Below, piece after piece: positions 10,201 through 19,439 of a stretch of DNA of 64,000 bases. Under the pieces are notes generated by a model. It had not been told where the DNA came from. It saw nothing but the letters and a program-made list of their open reading frames with translations, and did not search any database. Made by a program: the position numbers and the translations under genes. Origin of the DNA: Sedimentisphaerales bacterium (lineage in GTDB: Bacteria > Planctomycetota > Phycisphaerae > Sedimentisphaerales > SM23-30); NCBI GenBank assembly GCA_963666285.1, contig OY762711.1. The stretch is one strand, 5' to 3'. Numbering within the stretch: the first letter of the stretch is position 1; each line of letters starts with the position of its first letter.

Positions 10201-11318
10201 AAGCCGGTCCAGCCCATATTCAGATGATATAAATCTGTTGAATTATCTATACCATATCCATCAGCCACAATTGCATGCCCACCATCATTCCCATCAATAC
10301 CAAGCATAACTGGATATGTCGCAAATAGATTAGATATTAATATTTTATCTAAGTTTGCTTTGTCAATACCATTTTGATTTCCTCCTTTAATAGCATTTGA
10401 ATATTTAAAAACATCTAAGAATGCATCCCCTGCATTTAATGTGTTCGCACCAGACCCACTAGCAGTATACGACATTCCCACAGAAACACCTGCATCATAG
10501 CATAAAGCACCAATTGCTTTTCTAGAAGTCTCAGATGTGTAATAATTAGGCGTTGTTTGCATTGCTCCCCAATTATACTGCCCTCCAACACCGTCTCCAC
10601 CTATTGTAGTTCTAGTTTCAGTTATACCATCAATTGTGATACTTGAGGATACCGCACCAATACTATCTATTGGATACTGGTGGTAATACATAATTTGAGC
10701 CATGGCTGTAGCAACGCATCCACAAGGATAATTATTAGGTGTATAATAATTGTAACAGAGGTTGCCGCCAGCCTCAGTCTGATCCCATTCTGTTTTCAAT
10801 AGCGGCTCTACCAGAATTTCGTCCATATCAGAATCTGTAGTTCCATTAGATGCTTTTGAAACAATTATAGCTGAAATGCTTTTCCACTTACTCTGCATCT
10901 CGGCAAAGTATTGTTCATTTTCAGTAGAAGATTTACTCTTGACTCTGTTTCTTACATAACTGGTTCTTTGCCTTAAATCTTTATCAGCCAAAGAAGCAAG
11001 CGGATTATCTGTTGTTAGATCATATTTTCCATTTTCAGAGAAAGCAATAATAGGCTCGACCTCATCATCAGCTGAGACAATAATAAAACCACTAGGAGCA
11101 AGATTGACAATATGATATATAGGAACTTTATCTTTGCCGGAGTATGTGTCAATGGTGTCGATACTAGTTCCAAGTTCAACACCAAGATGGGTATTTCCCT
11201 GGCTCAACCAACCTTGTACCATCTGCTTGGCATCGCTGGCAGACATAACAGCAGCATTAACAACATTGGATACAAATGAGCACACAACCACAATAATAAT
11301 TAAAGTGTTTTTCATCAT
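7278..11318 (-). CDS. Secreted C10 (streptopain-like) cysteine peptidase with Spi-like prodomain, Ig-like domains, GLUG repeats and C-terminal dockerin-like domain
   Basis: Signal peptide; WDQ...PCGCVATAMAQIMYY, GGHAIVADGY, YHLNMGW; many GGLVG repeats; DINGDSNINILDL...WL and DFNVSGSTDMEDF...WLE. Confidence 0.9.
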   Translation of the reverse strand: MMKNTLIIIVVVCSFVSNVVNAAVMSASDAKQMVQGWLSQGNTHLGVELGTSIDTIDTYSGKDKVPIYHIVNLAPSGFIIVSADDEVEPIIAFSENGKYDLTTDNPLASLADKDLRQRTSYVRNRVKSKSSTENEQYFAEMQSKWKSISAIIVSKASNGTTDSDMDEILVEPLLKTEWDQTEAGGNLCYNYYTPNNYPCGCVATAMAQIMYYHQYPIDSIGAVSSSITIDGITETRTTIGGDGVGGQYNWGAMQTTPNYYTSETSRKAIGALCYDAGVSVGMSYTASGSGANTLNAGDAFLDVFKYSNAIKGGNQNGIDKANLDKILISNLFATYPVMLGIDGNDGGHAIVADGYGIDNSTDLYHLNMGWTGLYNLWYNLPNIYTDLYASNIVHKCVYNIYHIGTGEIVSGRIYDLEGTPAGGVTINIGNKIIGTDQFEVIDTVTSDNNGIYSFSQVPGNRNYYVYIEDQGSIEAQDQAISLGMSSGYNTANLYNIDFYVDAKAKISVLGNDQVIANKDDTPSVYDNTDFSTFNGIITKEFVIKNDGNIPLEVSVQLASDSEFSISYLPDSVVAPGGYTTFDVTLDIGTDDFGFYQDRVIIASNDPNNLAYYFEISGYASNNDGTAEDPFQISTSQQLCALHNLPELYNSHFILMQDIDMDGYIFDSAVISPNTKDGSYFYGVEFSGLFDGNFHKISNLKIDGQDYCGLFGYIEKTAIIRNLGLENIDITCSGCYAGGLVGYCCAKGDSNTVSISNCYATGLISGDNGTGGLVGYCCTNSDRSAVSISNCYATELISGDNDTGGLVGYCYTRYNSSVIISNCYATGQVTGGVAGGLVGYCRIYNESGVISIGSCYATGQVTGSYTGGLVGGCFINESSSVFSISNCYATGQVTGYSAGGLAGDCSCGANNVVSITDSYATGQVTGGGGVAGGLVGNVSVYDLIVASISNCYATGSVTGTGGHVGGLVGCNNGEISNCHASGSITGEGWYTGGLVGQNIGSVNLCYATGSVTGTGGHVGGLVGCNNGEISNCHASGSITGEGWYTGGLVGQNIGSVNLCYATGSVTGESCLGGLVGYNDHDSIVSSCYAIGSVTAIGDDSGGLVGVNSGAISNSFSTGSVTGDEKIGGLVGRNYDGSIICCYALGYIKGYDYIGGLVGYNRDSRILGCFSGCRVTATKTGAPEYIHVGGLVGYNYVSSSAGTSSISIVGDIGVLETTEANISDCFWDVEVSGIGLSGDDNYGAVGKNTAEMMDASTFAGWDIGDTDGDGEGWKLTENYYPRFIWEPDSFSPDINGDSNINILDLGAIASMWLCSDCASIYYCGQTDFNVSGSTDMEDFLIFVDSWLE
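8141..8471. repeat. 162-bp (54-aa) in-frame tandem duplication in the GLUG region
   Basis: cataac at 8141, 8303 and 8465 (period 162); the two units look identical. Confidence 0.93.
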
Positions 11319-11514
11319 TGATTTCCTAAATAATTATTAACCATCAAAAGGCAGAAGGATGAAGAGCTCAATTACTCACTCAAACTTCCCAGATTTAAGA
11401 TTATTATTTTACCAAAATCAGTTTACAGAACAAAATAAAAAAAAATTACAAAACACCCCTCAAAAACTCCGTTTAACGACCTCCGGGGTAGAGATACATT
11501 AACAGGTTAAAAAG

Positions 11515-11535
11515 TGGGTACACTTTTGGGTACAC
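11515..11535 (+). promoter_or_regulatory. Direct repeat TGGGTACAC x2, candidate integrase arm-type sites
   Basis: 11515-11523 and 11527-11535, about 70 bp from the tRNA-derived att core. Confidence 0.45.
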
Positions 11536-11606
11536 ATGATATATTGACATTATATAAACCATTAAAAAGACTGTAAGTTATGATTTTGCAAAGCTTTAAG
11601 GAAGCC

Positions 11607-11649
11607 CTCATAACCCGGAGGTCATAGGTTCGAATCCTATTGGCCGCTA
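11607..11649 (+). other. Degenerate 3' half of tRNA-Met(CAT), island attachment site (attR-like)
   Basis: ctcataacccggaggtc-atagg-ttcgaat-cctat-tggccgcta: anticodon loop, T-arm and imperfect acceptor strand; no D-arm or 5' acceptor strand upstream. Confidence 0.82.
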
Positions 11650-11755
11650 TTCGACGTAAGTCACTAAGGAACAAGAAGTTAACTTGTTCCTTTTTTTACG
11701 CGCAAACCGGCCAGTTTACCCGCCAGGCGTGTCTCAGGCTTGCCTGGACGTGCCG

Positions 11756-11987
11756 ATCAATTTGCAATTCTGGAGAAAAAACGCCCCAAAACACTCAACT
11801 TCTTCTTTGAAAAACATATTATTTTTCAGTCCCAAAAAACCTTGTTCAAAGTACGTTAAAAATAACTAAATAACAATTCAGACGCATTACTGAAAAAACA
11901 ACAAAAACACGTAAATCTAGTGTGGAAATTCGAGCATGCAAAAACCTGTATTTCGCACTTTTCAGGATTAGCAATTCACGTTTCGTA
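11756..11987 (+). repeat. Diverged direct repeat, copy 2
   Basis: Aligns with 3540..3898 minus the internal insert. Confidence 0.9.
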
Positions 11988-12142
11988 ACTCATCATCCCC
12001 AATATACAACAGCTAACCAGTTCCTGGTAAGCTTTTCTAATCCGGCCTCGTACAGATGATTTCAGCTCCCAGCTGAAACGCCCTTTACTACGCCAATCCC
12101 AACCTATGCCTTTCTGTATTAACACCTGAGATTTTCAATAGC

Positions 12143-13312
12143 CTATCTTTCAGCCATAAAGGCTGCTAACGAAACCGGCCCCTCAACCGGCCACCGGCCC
12201 TCAGGCATAGGGCAAACCTTCAGGAGATCTGGATCCAGAACCACATGCTTTATCCTCTCGCGATGCCAGGTGTAAACAATATGGACAAAGCCGTCTTTGG
12301 TCTGGATCACAGCCGGATAGGCAAAGTGCTTATCTGGTTCATCCAGGTAATCCAGAATCAACGAAGCACCCCAGTTGATGCCGTCACTTGAAAGTGCGAC
12401 ATTCAAAATGCCCCGGCCTCCATAGCCCATTCCCTTTTGGTATCTCGTAGAATGATTATAGACCAGCAGCTGCCTGCCGTCGCTCAAGGTTACGGCATCA
12501 AGCCCGGAATTATTATTAGGCAATACCGTTGCTTTCATCTCAGACCAGCTGAGACCATTATCTTCAGACCACGCCTGGGCAATAAAACCAACTTTAGAAC
12601 CTGTACGGCAAAGCATCTGGATACGCCCGTCAGGATAAGCCAGCAAGGTCGGCTGGATCGCACCCATTACCTTGCCATCGTTTAGCGGACCGATGCTCTT
12701 CCAGCTCCTGCCGCCGTCTGTACTTCGTTCAACATGAACAAGCCAGCCCGCATCTTCGGTACTGGAGCCGGATAAGATCGTGCCGTCTTTCAGCTGTATC
12801 GGCTTATTTTTCACCGGGCCTATTAGGTTGTCATCAAGTTTGTTTGCCTCGCTCCAGGTATGGCCGCCGTCATCAGAGGTCTTTACCAATCCCCACCACC
12901 GGCTTGGTTTGGGACCGACCTTATAGAACAGCATTATATCTCTACCCTGCGGCTGAAATAATACCGGGTTCCAGGCCGGCAGCCTTTCTCCTTCTGCCTG
13001 TATCCCGTCCGCAGCACTTACAGGTTCTGTCCATTTCCCGCCCGGTTTCTTATGTGAAACCCATATCTCAACATCATCATTGCCTTCGGCTGTTCCGCCA
13101 AAAAAGGCACACAGCAGTTCGCCGGAAGCCAGCTCCAGTATAGTCGAGGCATGACAGGAAGGAAAAGGAGCGGTCTCATAAACAAACTCTTCCAATACCA
13201 CTCCGGCCTGATAATTCGCTCCCATCACAACTGTACCCGATACCGCAACTGTCATAACGGCACACAATAACAAAAGCCGCATAAGCACTCTCATAATAAT
13301 TATCTCACGCAC
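12143..13312 (-). CDS. Secreted BNR/Asp-box (sialidase-like) protein
   Basis: Signal peptide; SCHASTI, WNPVLF, Asp-boxes SDDGGHTW, STDGGRSW, SEDNGLSW, SSDGINW; AYPAVIQ. Confidence 0.88.
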   Translation of the reverse strand: MREIIIMRVLMRLLLLCAVMTVAVSGTVVMGANYQAGVVLEEFVYETAPFPSCHASTILELASGELLCAFFGGTAEGNDDVEIWVSHKKPGGKWTEPVSAADGIQAEGERLPAWNPVLFQPQGRDIMLFYKVGPKPSRWWGLVKTSDDGGHTWSEANKLDDNLIGPVKNKPIQLKDGTILSGSSTEDAGWLVHVERSTDGGRSWKSIGPLNDGKVMGAIQPTLLAYPDGRIQMLCRTGSKVGFIAQAWSEDNGLSWSEMKATVLPNNNSGLDAVTLSDGRQLLVYNHSTRYQKGMGYGGRGILNVALSSDGINWGASLILDYLDEPDKHFAYPAVIQTKDGFVHIVYTWHRERIKHVVLDPDLLKVCPMPEGRWPVEGPVSLAAFMAER

Positions 13313-13537
13313 GATTATTTCCTTTTCAAAATCTGTAACAATTCTTATTCCAGCAGAACTATTGAACTATCATAACACCTGATTTTTCTCTAATCAAGCA
13401 GTACTTTTTGCCGCATATCTTTGCATGGCATACTTTTGACTGTTCAATAAAGCCATTCATATATTTGGTGCCTGGCTTAAATCAACTTTAGCTATGCCAC
13501 CAAAATCACCAGCATTTTGAAGTGAACCGTATTTTCT

Positions 13538-13984
13538 CTATTTTCCCGTGCTTTCTACTATAAACGTTACCGGCCCGTCATTTACACTGCTCACATGCAT
13601 ATGTGCCGCAAATCTGCCATACTCCACGTTTATCCCTTCATTTTCCAGCTGCTTACCAACATACTGATACAATCTGTCAGCTTCCGCCGGGTCACCCGCC
13701 ATATCAAATCCAGGCCTCCTCCCTTTCCGGCAGTCACCATACAAAGTAAACTGGCTCACCAGCAGTACCTCACCGCCCACATCTTTAACCGACAAATTCA
13801 TTTTCCCGGCATCATCAGAAAATATCCGCAGACCCGCAATCTTACCCGCGATAAACGCAGCTTCATGCTCGCTGTCGCCTTTGCCAACTCCCAGGTACAC
13901 CAGCAAACCATGCCCGACCCGGCCGGTTACCTCGCCGTCAACTTCAACTTTAGCTTCCGATACTCTTTGTAATACTATTCTCAT
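13538..13984 (-). CDS. dtd: D-aminoacyl-tRNA deacylase
   Basis: MRIVLQRVSEA, SQFTLYG, GRRPGF, NDGPVT motifs. Confidence 0.97.
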   Translation of the reverse strand: MRIVLQRVSEAKVEVDGEVTGRVGHGLLVYLGVGKGDSEHEAAFIAGKIAGLRIFSDDAGKMNLSVKDVGGEVLLVSQFTLYGDCRKGRRPGFDMAGDPAEADRLYQYVGKQLENEGINVEYGRFAAHMHVSSVNDGPVTFIVESTGK

Positions 13985-14149
13985 TAATTAAATAAAGTGA
14001 CCAATTTTACACTATTATATAGCTGTAAAAATTTTGACATGATCTTTTATAAAAAACAAATAACTCACCGCTAAGCGGCATTCCAACCCTTATGCCTAAC
14101 CACTTATCTCATACTTCCTTTCAAACTAGTCATCAGTCAGTTTGAAAAA

Positions 14150-15208
14150 TTAAATGCTGTCATCTGAATCAAGCGTATCTTTCCAGACTTCAAGGTTTTC
14201 CAGGTGAATACTTGTGCCGCGAGCCACGCAGCTTAATGGGTCGTCCGCAACTCTTACGTCAAGACCGGTTGCGTTACTGATAACTACGTCCAGCTTACGC
14301 AGTAATGCTCCGCCGCCGGCCAGGCATATGCCGTTATCGATCAGGTCAGCTGCCAGTTCCGGCTCAGCTTTCTCCAAAGTATGTGTTACAGCTTCTATCA
14401 TTGCAGAAATTGGCTCTTTCAGGGCATCCCGAATCTCTTCGCTTGTCACTACAATCTTCCTTGGCAGACCGGATATTGTGTCCCGACCGGCTATTTCCAT
14501 GGTCAGTTCTTCTTCCAGAGGGGCCGCTGAACCTATCTGAAGCTTGATTTTTTCGGCTCTGGGCTGACCAATCAGGAGGTTATATGTTCTTTTAAGATGG
14601 GCGATTATAGCTTCGTCCATATTGTCGCCCGCAACCCGTACAGATTCACTTACACTTACATCACCAAGTGACATAATCGCCACTTCGGTAGTACCACCGC
14701 CAATATCCACGATCATGGATGCTGTCGGTTCGACAATAGGCAATCCGGCACCCATACCGGCTGCTTTCGGCTCTTGAACGAGATAAGCCTTTCTGGCGCC
14801 TGCCCTTATGGCACTGTCCAGTACTGCCCTGCGTTCTACCGCTGTTATGCCTGATGGTACTGCTATTACTACCCTTGGCTTAGGGGCGATAAATTTTCGA
14901 CTGCCGTGTACTTTACGGATAAAGTATGAAAGCATCGCTTCAGTTATCTCAAAATCGCTGATTACACCATCTTTCAGAGGCCTTATCGCTGATATCGATT
15001 CTGGTGTTTTTCCCAACATTTCCTTCGCGACAATACCTACTGCATTTCCATCCTGTAAAACCTGGTTGGTACCTTTGCGAACTGCTACTACCGAAGGCTC
15101 GTTTAGTACGATACCTTCTCCGCGAACACTAACCAGGGTATTACAGGTACCCAGGTCAATTCCCATATCCAGAGAGAAGCGTCCTAATAGCGGGTCAAAT
15201 ATAGACAC
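14150..15208 (-). CDS. mreB: Rod shape-determining actin-like protein MreB (likely GTG start at 15208)
   Basis: GIDLGT, NEPSVVAV, VDIGGGTTE, AGGGALL; AAAGGA RBS before the GTG. Confidence 0.96.
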   Translation of the reverse strand: MSIFDPLLGRFSLDMGIDLGTCNTLVSVRGEGIVLNEPSVVAVRKGTNQVLQDGNAVGIVAKEMLGKTPESISAIRPLKDGVISDFEITEAMLSYFIRKVHGSRKFIAPKPRVVIAVPSGITAVERRAVLDSAIRAGARKAYLVQEPKAAGMGAGLPIVEPTASMIVDIGGGTTEVAIMSLGDVSVSESVRVAGDNMDEAIIAHLKRTYNLLIGQPRAEKIKLQIGSAAPLEEELTMEIAGRDTISGLPRKIVVTSEEIRDALKEPISAMIEAVTHTLEKAEPELAADLIDNGICLAGGGALLRKLDVVISNATGLDVRVADDPLSCVARGTSIHLENLEVWKDTLDSDDSI

Positions 15209-15627
15209 AATATGTCCTTTCAGTATTGGTAACAGTATATTTCGCAAATTATCTGCCCGAAACTCAATTTCTTCTGTTTGTATGGTGCCCGGAGCAGATT
15301 TATCTTATCCATATTAAACGCCATATTTTATCACGATTTTACATTGGTTACAAGAGACTTGGTGTAATAATTTTTTCACACCCTAAGTCGCTGTTAATAA
15401 GACAGTTAGGGCTTGATGGTTGGCTGCCTCACATTTCGCCCCGACATTTAACCTGTTGTAAATTGTATAATTTACATAGAGTTACTTCATTTTTTAGCCG
15501 CTTTTGGAGTTTTTAGGCCGGTGTCTAAAAAAGATGTAATCTCGGTTGATAAAACACTTTATTGTACCGGTGTTTGGATTATAATTAGGGTAATAATTAC
15601 GAAATTACAATTTTAGGAGAATGCAGT

Positions 15628-16086
15628 ATGCAGGTAATGAAGCAGTTGTCGGTATTTCTTATCAATAAGCCCGGCATCCTGGCCCAGGTTCTAAACGAAC
15701 TGGCAAATGAAAAGGTTAATATCATTGCTATGACAATGATGGATTCTGTTGAACATGGAGTATTGAGAATCGTTCCTACCGAACCGGATCATGCCTTGGA
15801 AATTATCGAAAAGATTAACTTACAGGTCAACCATACCGATGTTCTTTGTGTTACTATGCCCAATAAGCCGGGTTCTATGGCTGATGTGGCTCAAAAACTT
15901 TCCCAACATCATATCAATATTACATACTGTTATGTAACTTCAGGCGCCAAAGGTGGTAAGACCAGTGGTATTTTTAAGGTTGCCGACCTTAAAAAGGCGA
16001 TAAAAGTATTGGAAGGTAATTCTACTGTTAAGAAAACCGCCGGCAAGAAAACCGCTGCGCGTAAAAAACCGCGTTTGAGAAAATAA
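15628..16086 (+). CDS. Tandem ACT-domain protein with basic tail
   Basis: QLSVFLINKPGILA and MPNKPGSMA ACT repeats; RBS AGGAG. Confidence 0.88.
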   Translation: MQVMKQLSVFLINKPGILAQVLNELANEKVNIIAMTMMDSVEHGVLRIVPTEPDHALEIIEKINLQVNHTDVLCVTMPNKPGSMADVAQKLSQHHINITYCYVTSGAKGGKTSGIFKVADLKKAIKVLEGNSTVKKTAGKKTAARKKPRLRK

Positions 16087-16225
16087 TCTCTTGTCTGCCT
16101 CAATACTGATAAATCGGTCTGTTTGAATATAAAAATCCATTTGAGGCCGGTTTTGAAAATAAATACTTTCTAATTTTTTTGTTAAATGTATTAATTTTTA
16201 AAAAGTTACATTTTGGAGCCAGCTT

Positions 16226-18985
16226 TTGCGCCAGCATATAAAACAAAGTCGCATAGAGACATCAAATATTTTTGGCTTAGTATCATTGCGTGGTACGCTG
16301 CGATTGTTATCACTCACTCATGCGGGCTGTTGCATGCTTGCTTTATGCATTTTCGGGTTAATTGCTGATGGTTGCTTCTGCCAGATAAATAGTGGGGGCC
16401 ATCAGATTGTTTCCACCTTCGATTTTGAGGAACGTGATACCCACTTCGAAGATATTCCAATGTTCTGGGAAAAAATTGTTGGCAGAGAAGGGTTTCCCCA
16501 TTATTCGAACGGCCAGATCAGCTCTGACCGCAAAAGAAGTGGCAATTACAGCTTCAAACTTATTTCCGATGGCGGCAGTGTTGCATATGAATATGCACGT
16601 CGCCGACAGGTTGTCAAACCCGGTAGCGACTGCCAGGTAACCGGCTTTGTCTCACTCGAAAACGCTCATGATTGCAGGGCTCAGATCAGCTGTGTGCTTA
16701 CTGATCGACTCGGTCGTGAAATCCCTGGCAGCCAGCGATTCTCCAAACTTATTTCTCCCGCTGATCTGGCGGGAAACCAATGGCTCAGAGTTGATGTCTA
16801 TATCCCTGGCGAGTTTCCTGATGCCAGGTATCTCTCTGTTGGGCTTTGGCTGCTCCAGAAGAGCCAGTGGGATAAATCAATGATGGGCACGAATGTGTTC
16901 GAGCAGAATATTGATGCTGTTGCCTGGTTCGATGACATCGGTATTTTCCAGCTGCCCAGGGTATTGCTTAAAACTGATCAGGTTGCAAACGTGTTTCCTG
17001 CCAGGGTTGAACCTTGTATAAATGTTGAGCTGCAAAGTGCCGGTATCCTTGACTATCGGGCCAATCTTGTTATATTCGACCGTGATGAAAACAGAATCTT
17101 CAGCGAAAGCTGGGTGCTTTCCGGGATCGAAGGAGAGGTAAAAGTTCGTAAACTGTATCCCGGTGACCTTTCGGCAGGGGTATATCATGCGAGATTGGAG
17201 ATTTATTCCTCGAATATTCTCATTGCTGTACGAGATATGGACTTTGCCAGGCTCGCACCTTTACAGAGCGGCGATCTCGAAGGCGGTTATGATTTCGGTG
17301 TCATTACCATGGATGATTCCAGTGGTAATATGGATGAGATTATTAACTTATCCAAAAAACTACAGACCAAAATTATTAAACTGCCGGTCTGGAGAAACCA
17401 GGACAATCTTTGCCCGGCAATTTTAAACGTTAAGGATTTCGATAGGAAGTTAATTGACCTTGAGGAATCTCGTATCAGGCTGGTTGCCACTTTCGATGAA
17501 GTATCTTCTGACCTTATCTCCGGCATGGATATGACCGGTAGCGGACTGCTCGATGTCCTTAGCCAGGATTCAAAAATATGGCAGGATGAGATCGGATTTA
17601 TTCTTGCTCGTTATGCCTTGCAGATACCTTTCTGGCAGATCGGACCCGATCAGAGTATAGATAAACGCTGGGACCCGCGTATCAAACCTGTTACCGAAAA
17701 ACTTCGTGTTGAGTTTAACAAGGTTGTGAGGAACACCAAGCTTAGCGTGCCGCTCGAAGCTACCAATAATCTTAACTATGACGATGTTGGCACCAGGTCT
17801 ATAACGATGTTTGTCCCTTCTGCTATCCAGCCGCATGCTATTCCGGACTATATCAAAAATTTTAAAGATAACGGCTTGTCTGATGTATGGGTCACTGTTG
17901 AACCGCTGGATAATAATATTTATCGTGAAGATGATGTACTTATCGATTTCTTCAAGCGGCTTATCTATTCGGTTAAGGCCGATTGTGAAGCTGTTTTTAT
18001 ACCTCACCCCTGGAATAAACGCGAGATCAATGCTAACCGTGATATAGAGGTTGACGAAAAGTTCCTGGTATTCCGCACTATCTCTGATATGCTCAGCGGT
18101 GCTGTTCTGCTCGGCGAATTTGAGATATCACATGAAGTGCCCGCTCTTCTGTTCGATCGAAACGGCAGGGGGGTTATGGTCGTCTGGGACGAAAACTACG
18201 ATGATATGGCTGCCAGCAGCCCAAGTGAGTTCGAACTCTATCTCGGTAGCAGGCCGCATACCACCGATATCTTCGGCAACACATCTTTCCTCGAAAAGAG
18301 AGGTGAATCCTCTGTCCTTAAGCTTACAAACTGGCCGCAGATTATCAGTGGGATCGATACCGAGATTACCATGCTGAGAAGTACCGTCCGGCTGGAACCG
18401 GACGTGCTCGACGCCAGTGTTTTCAGTCAGAAAGTAAAACTCCGGTTCAAAAATCCTTTCAAGACAACCGTTATGGGACAGGCACGCGTATTGCTCGACG
18501 ATGCTGACCAGGAAAACTGGATGGTCGAACCTCAGTCTTTCTCTATTATGCTCAAGCCCGACCAGGTTTTTGAAACTGACCTGAAGATTAAGTTCCCCAG
18601 TAGCGAAATAAGTGGCAGAAAGCTCATAAAGCTCGGTTTCAGGGTTGATGCCGACCAGAGCTATTTTATAAATGTGGCTGTACCGTTCACTATCGAAATG
18701 AAGGATATCGATGCCCGGGTCTTTGCTCGTCGTGTCAACGATACCGATATGTACGTACAGATGATACTTACCAATAATGGTACGGAAAATTATTCTCTGC
18801 GTACTTTTATCGTATTGCCCGATGGTGACTATGATGAAAAGAGTGCCCGGCTCGAACCTGACACTACCATTACCCGGGCATTTCTGGTCAAAGATGCCGT
18901 CAAATGGCTTGGCCGATATGTACGTGTCGGACTCCGCGACCCCAAAGGTGATAAACGCATAAATTACCAGCTCAAAATCCAGTAA
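16226..18985 (+). CDS. Large exported hypothetical protein (N-terminal CBM-like region, C-terminal Ig-like region); start uncertain
   Basis: 919-aa ORF, hydrophobic N-terminus, AVAWFDDI CBM-like end motif. Confidence 0.75.
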   Translation: MRQHIKQSRIETSNIFGLVSLRGTLRLLSLTHAGCCMLALCIFGLIADGCFCQINSGGHQIVSTFDFEERDTHFEDIPMFWEKIVGREGFPHYSNGQISSDRKRSGNYSFKLISDGGSVAYEYARRRQVVKPGSDCQVTGFVSLENAHDCRAQISCVLTDRLGREIPGSQRFSKLISPADLAGNQWLRVDVYIPGEFPDARYLSVGLWLLQKSQWDKSMMGTNVFEQNIDAVAWFDDIGIFQLPRVLLKTDQVANVFPARVEPCINVELQSAGILDYRANLVIFDRDENRIFSESWVLSGIEGEVKVRKLYPGDLSAGVYHARLEIYSSNILIAVRDMDFARLAPLQSGDLEGGYDFGVITMDDSSGNMDEIINLSKKLQTKIIKLPVWRNQDNLCPAILNVKDFDRKLIDLEESRIRLVATFDEVSSDLISGMDMTGSGLLDVLSQDSKIWQDEIGFILARYALQIPFWQIGPDQSIDKRWDPRIKPVTEKLRVEFNKVVRNTKLSVPLEATNNLNYDDVGTRSITMFVPSAIQPHAIPDYIKNFKDNGLSDVWVTVEPLDNNIYREDDVLIDFFKRLIYSVKADCEAVFIPHPWNKREINANRDIEVDEKFLVFRTISDMLSGAVLLGEFEISHEVPALLFDRNGRGVMVVWDENYDDMAASSPSEFELYLGSRPHTTDIFGNTSFLEKRGESSVLKLTNWPQIISGIDTEITMLRSTVRLEPDVLDASVFSQKVKLRFKNPFKTTVMGQARVLLDDADQENWMVEPQSFSIMLKPDQVFETDLKIKFPSSEISGRKLIKLGFRVDADQSYFINVAVPFTIEMKDIDARVFARRVNDTDMYVQMILTNNGTENYSLRTFIVLPDGDYDEKSARLEPDTTITRAFLVKDAVKWLGRYVRVGLRDPKGDKRINYQLKIQ

Positions 18986-19439
18986 TTAGTTAGCGGTTAG
19001 CAGTTAGTATGATATTGTTTATGGTAGATTAGTATTATTATTCAAAGTGACCGATTTTACACTTTTTATTGCTGTAACACAATTTAATACAAATTGTTAC
19101 ATTAATGATTTAATTAGCTTGCCGCTTTGCGACAAACCTTCCCTAATACCCGTTTACTTTCGCAGTTTTTAAGTTGCAATAACGAAGTGCCTCTGGTAAA
19201 TCGCCTAAAAGGGCCTTCCTGCAACGCTTTAATATTAAACAAAACGTGAGACGATAGTCGAACACCTTAATTTTTCATTTTTCACTATTCGTTTTTCACT
19301 TAATTGGGCCTGTTTCGGCCTTTGCGTATAATGTTGAACAGTCAAAAGTGCGCCATGCATATGATGCGAAGCATAAACCGCACCTAAATGCTAAGAGAGT
19401 TTTATCTATGGCTGTTTCCTGCTAACTGCTAACTAATTA

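Noticed and set aside
11607..11649. Functional tRNA-Met
   Set aside because: No 5' acceptor strand or D-arm, the anticodon stem is not paired, and the acceptor 3' strand is imperfect.
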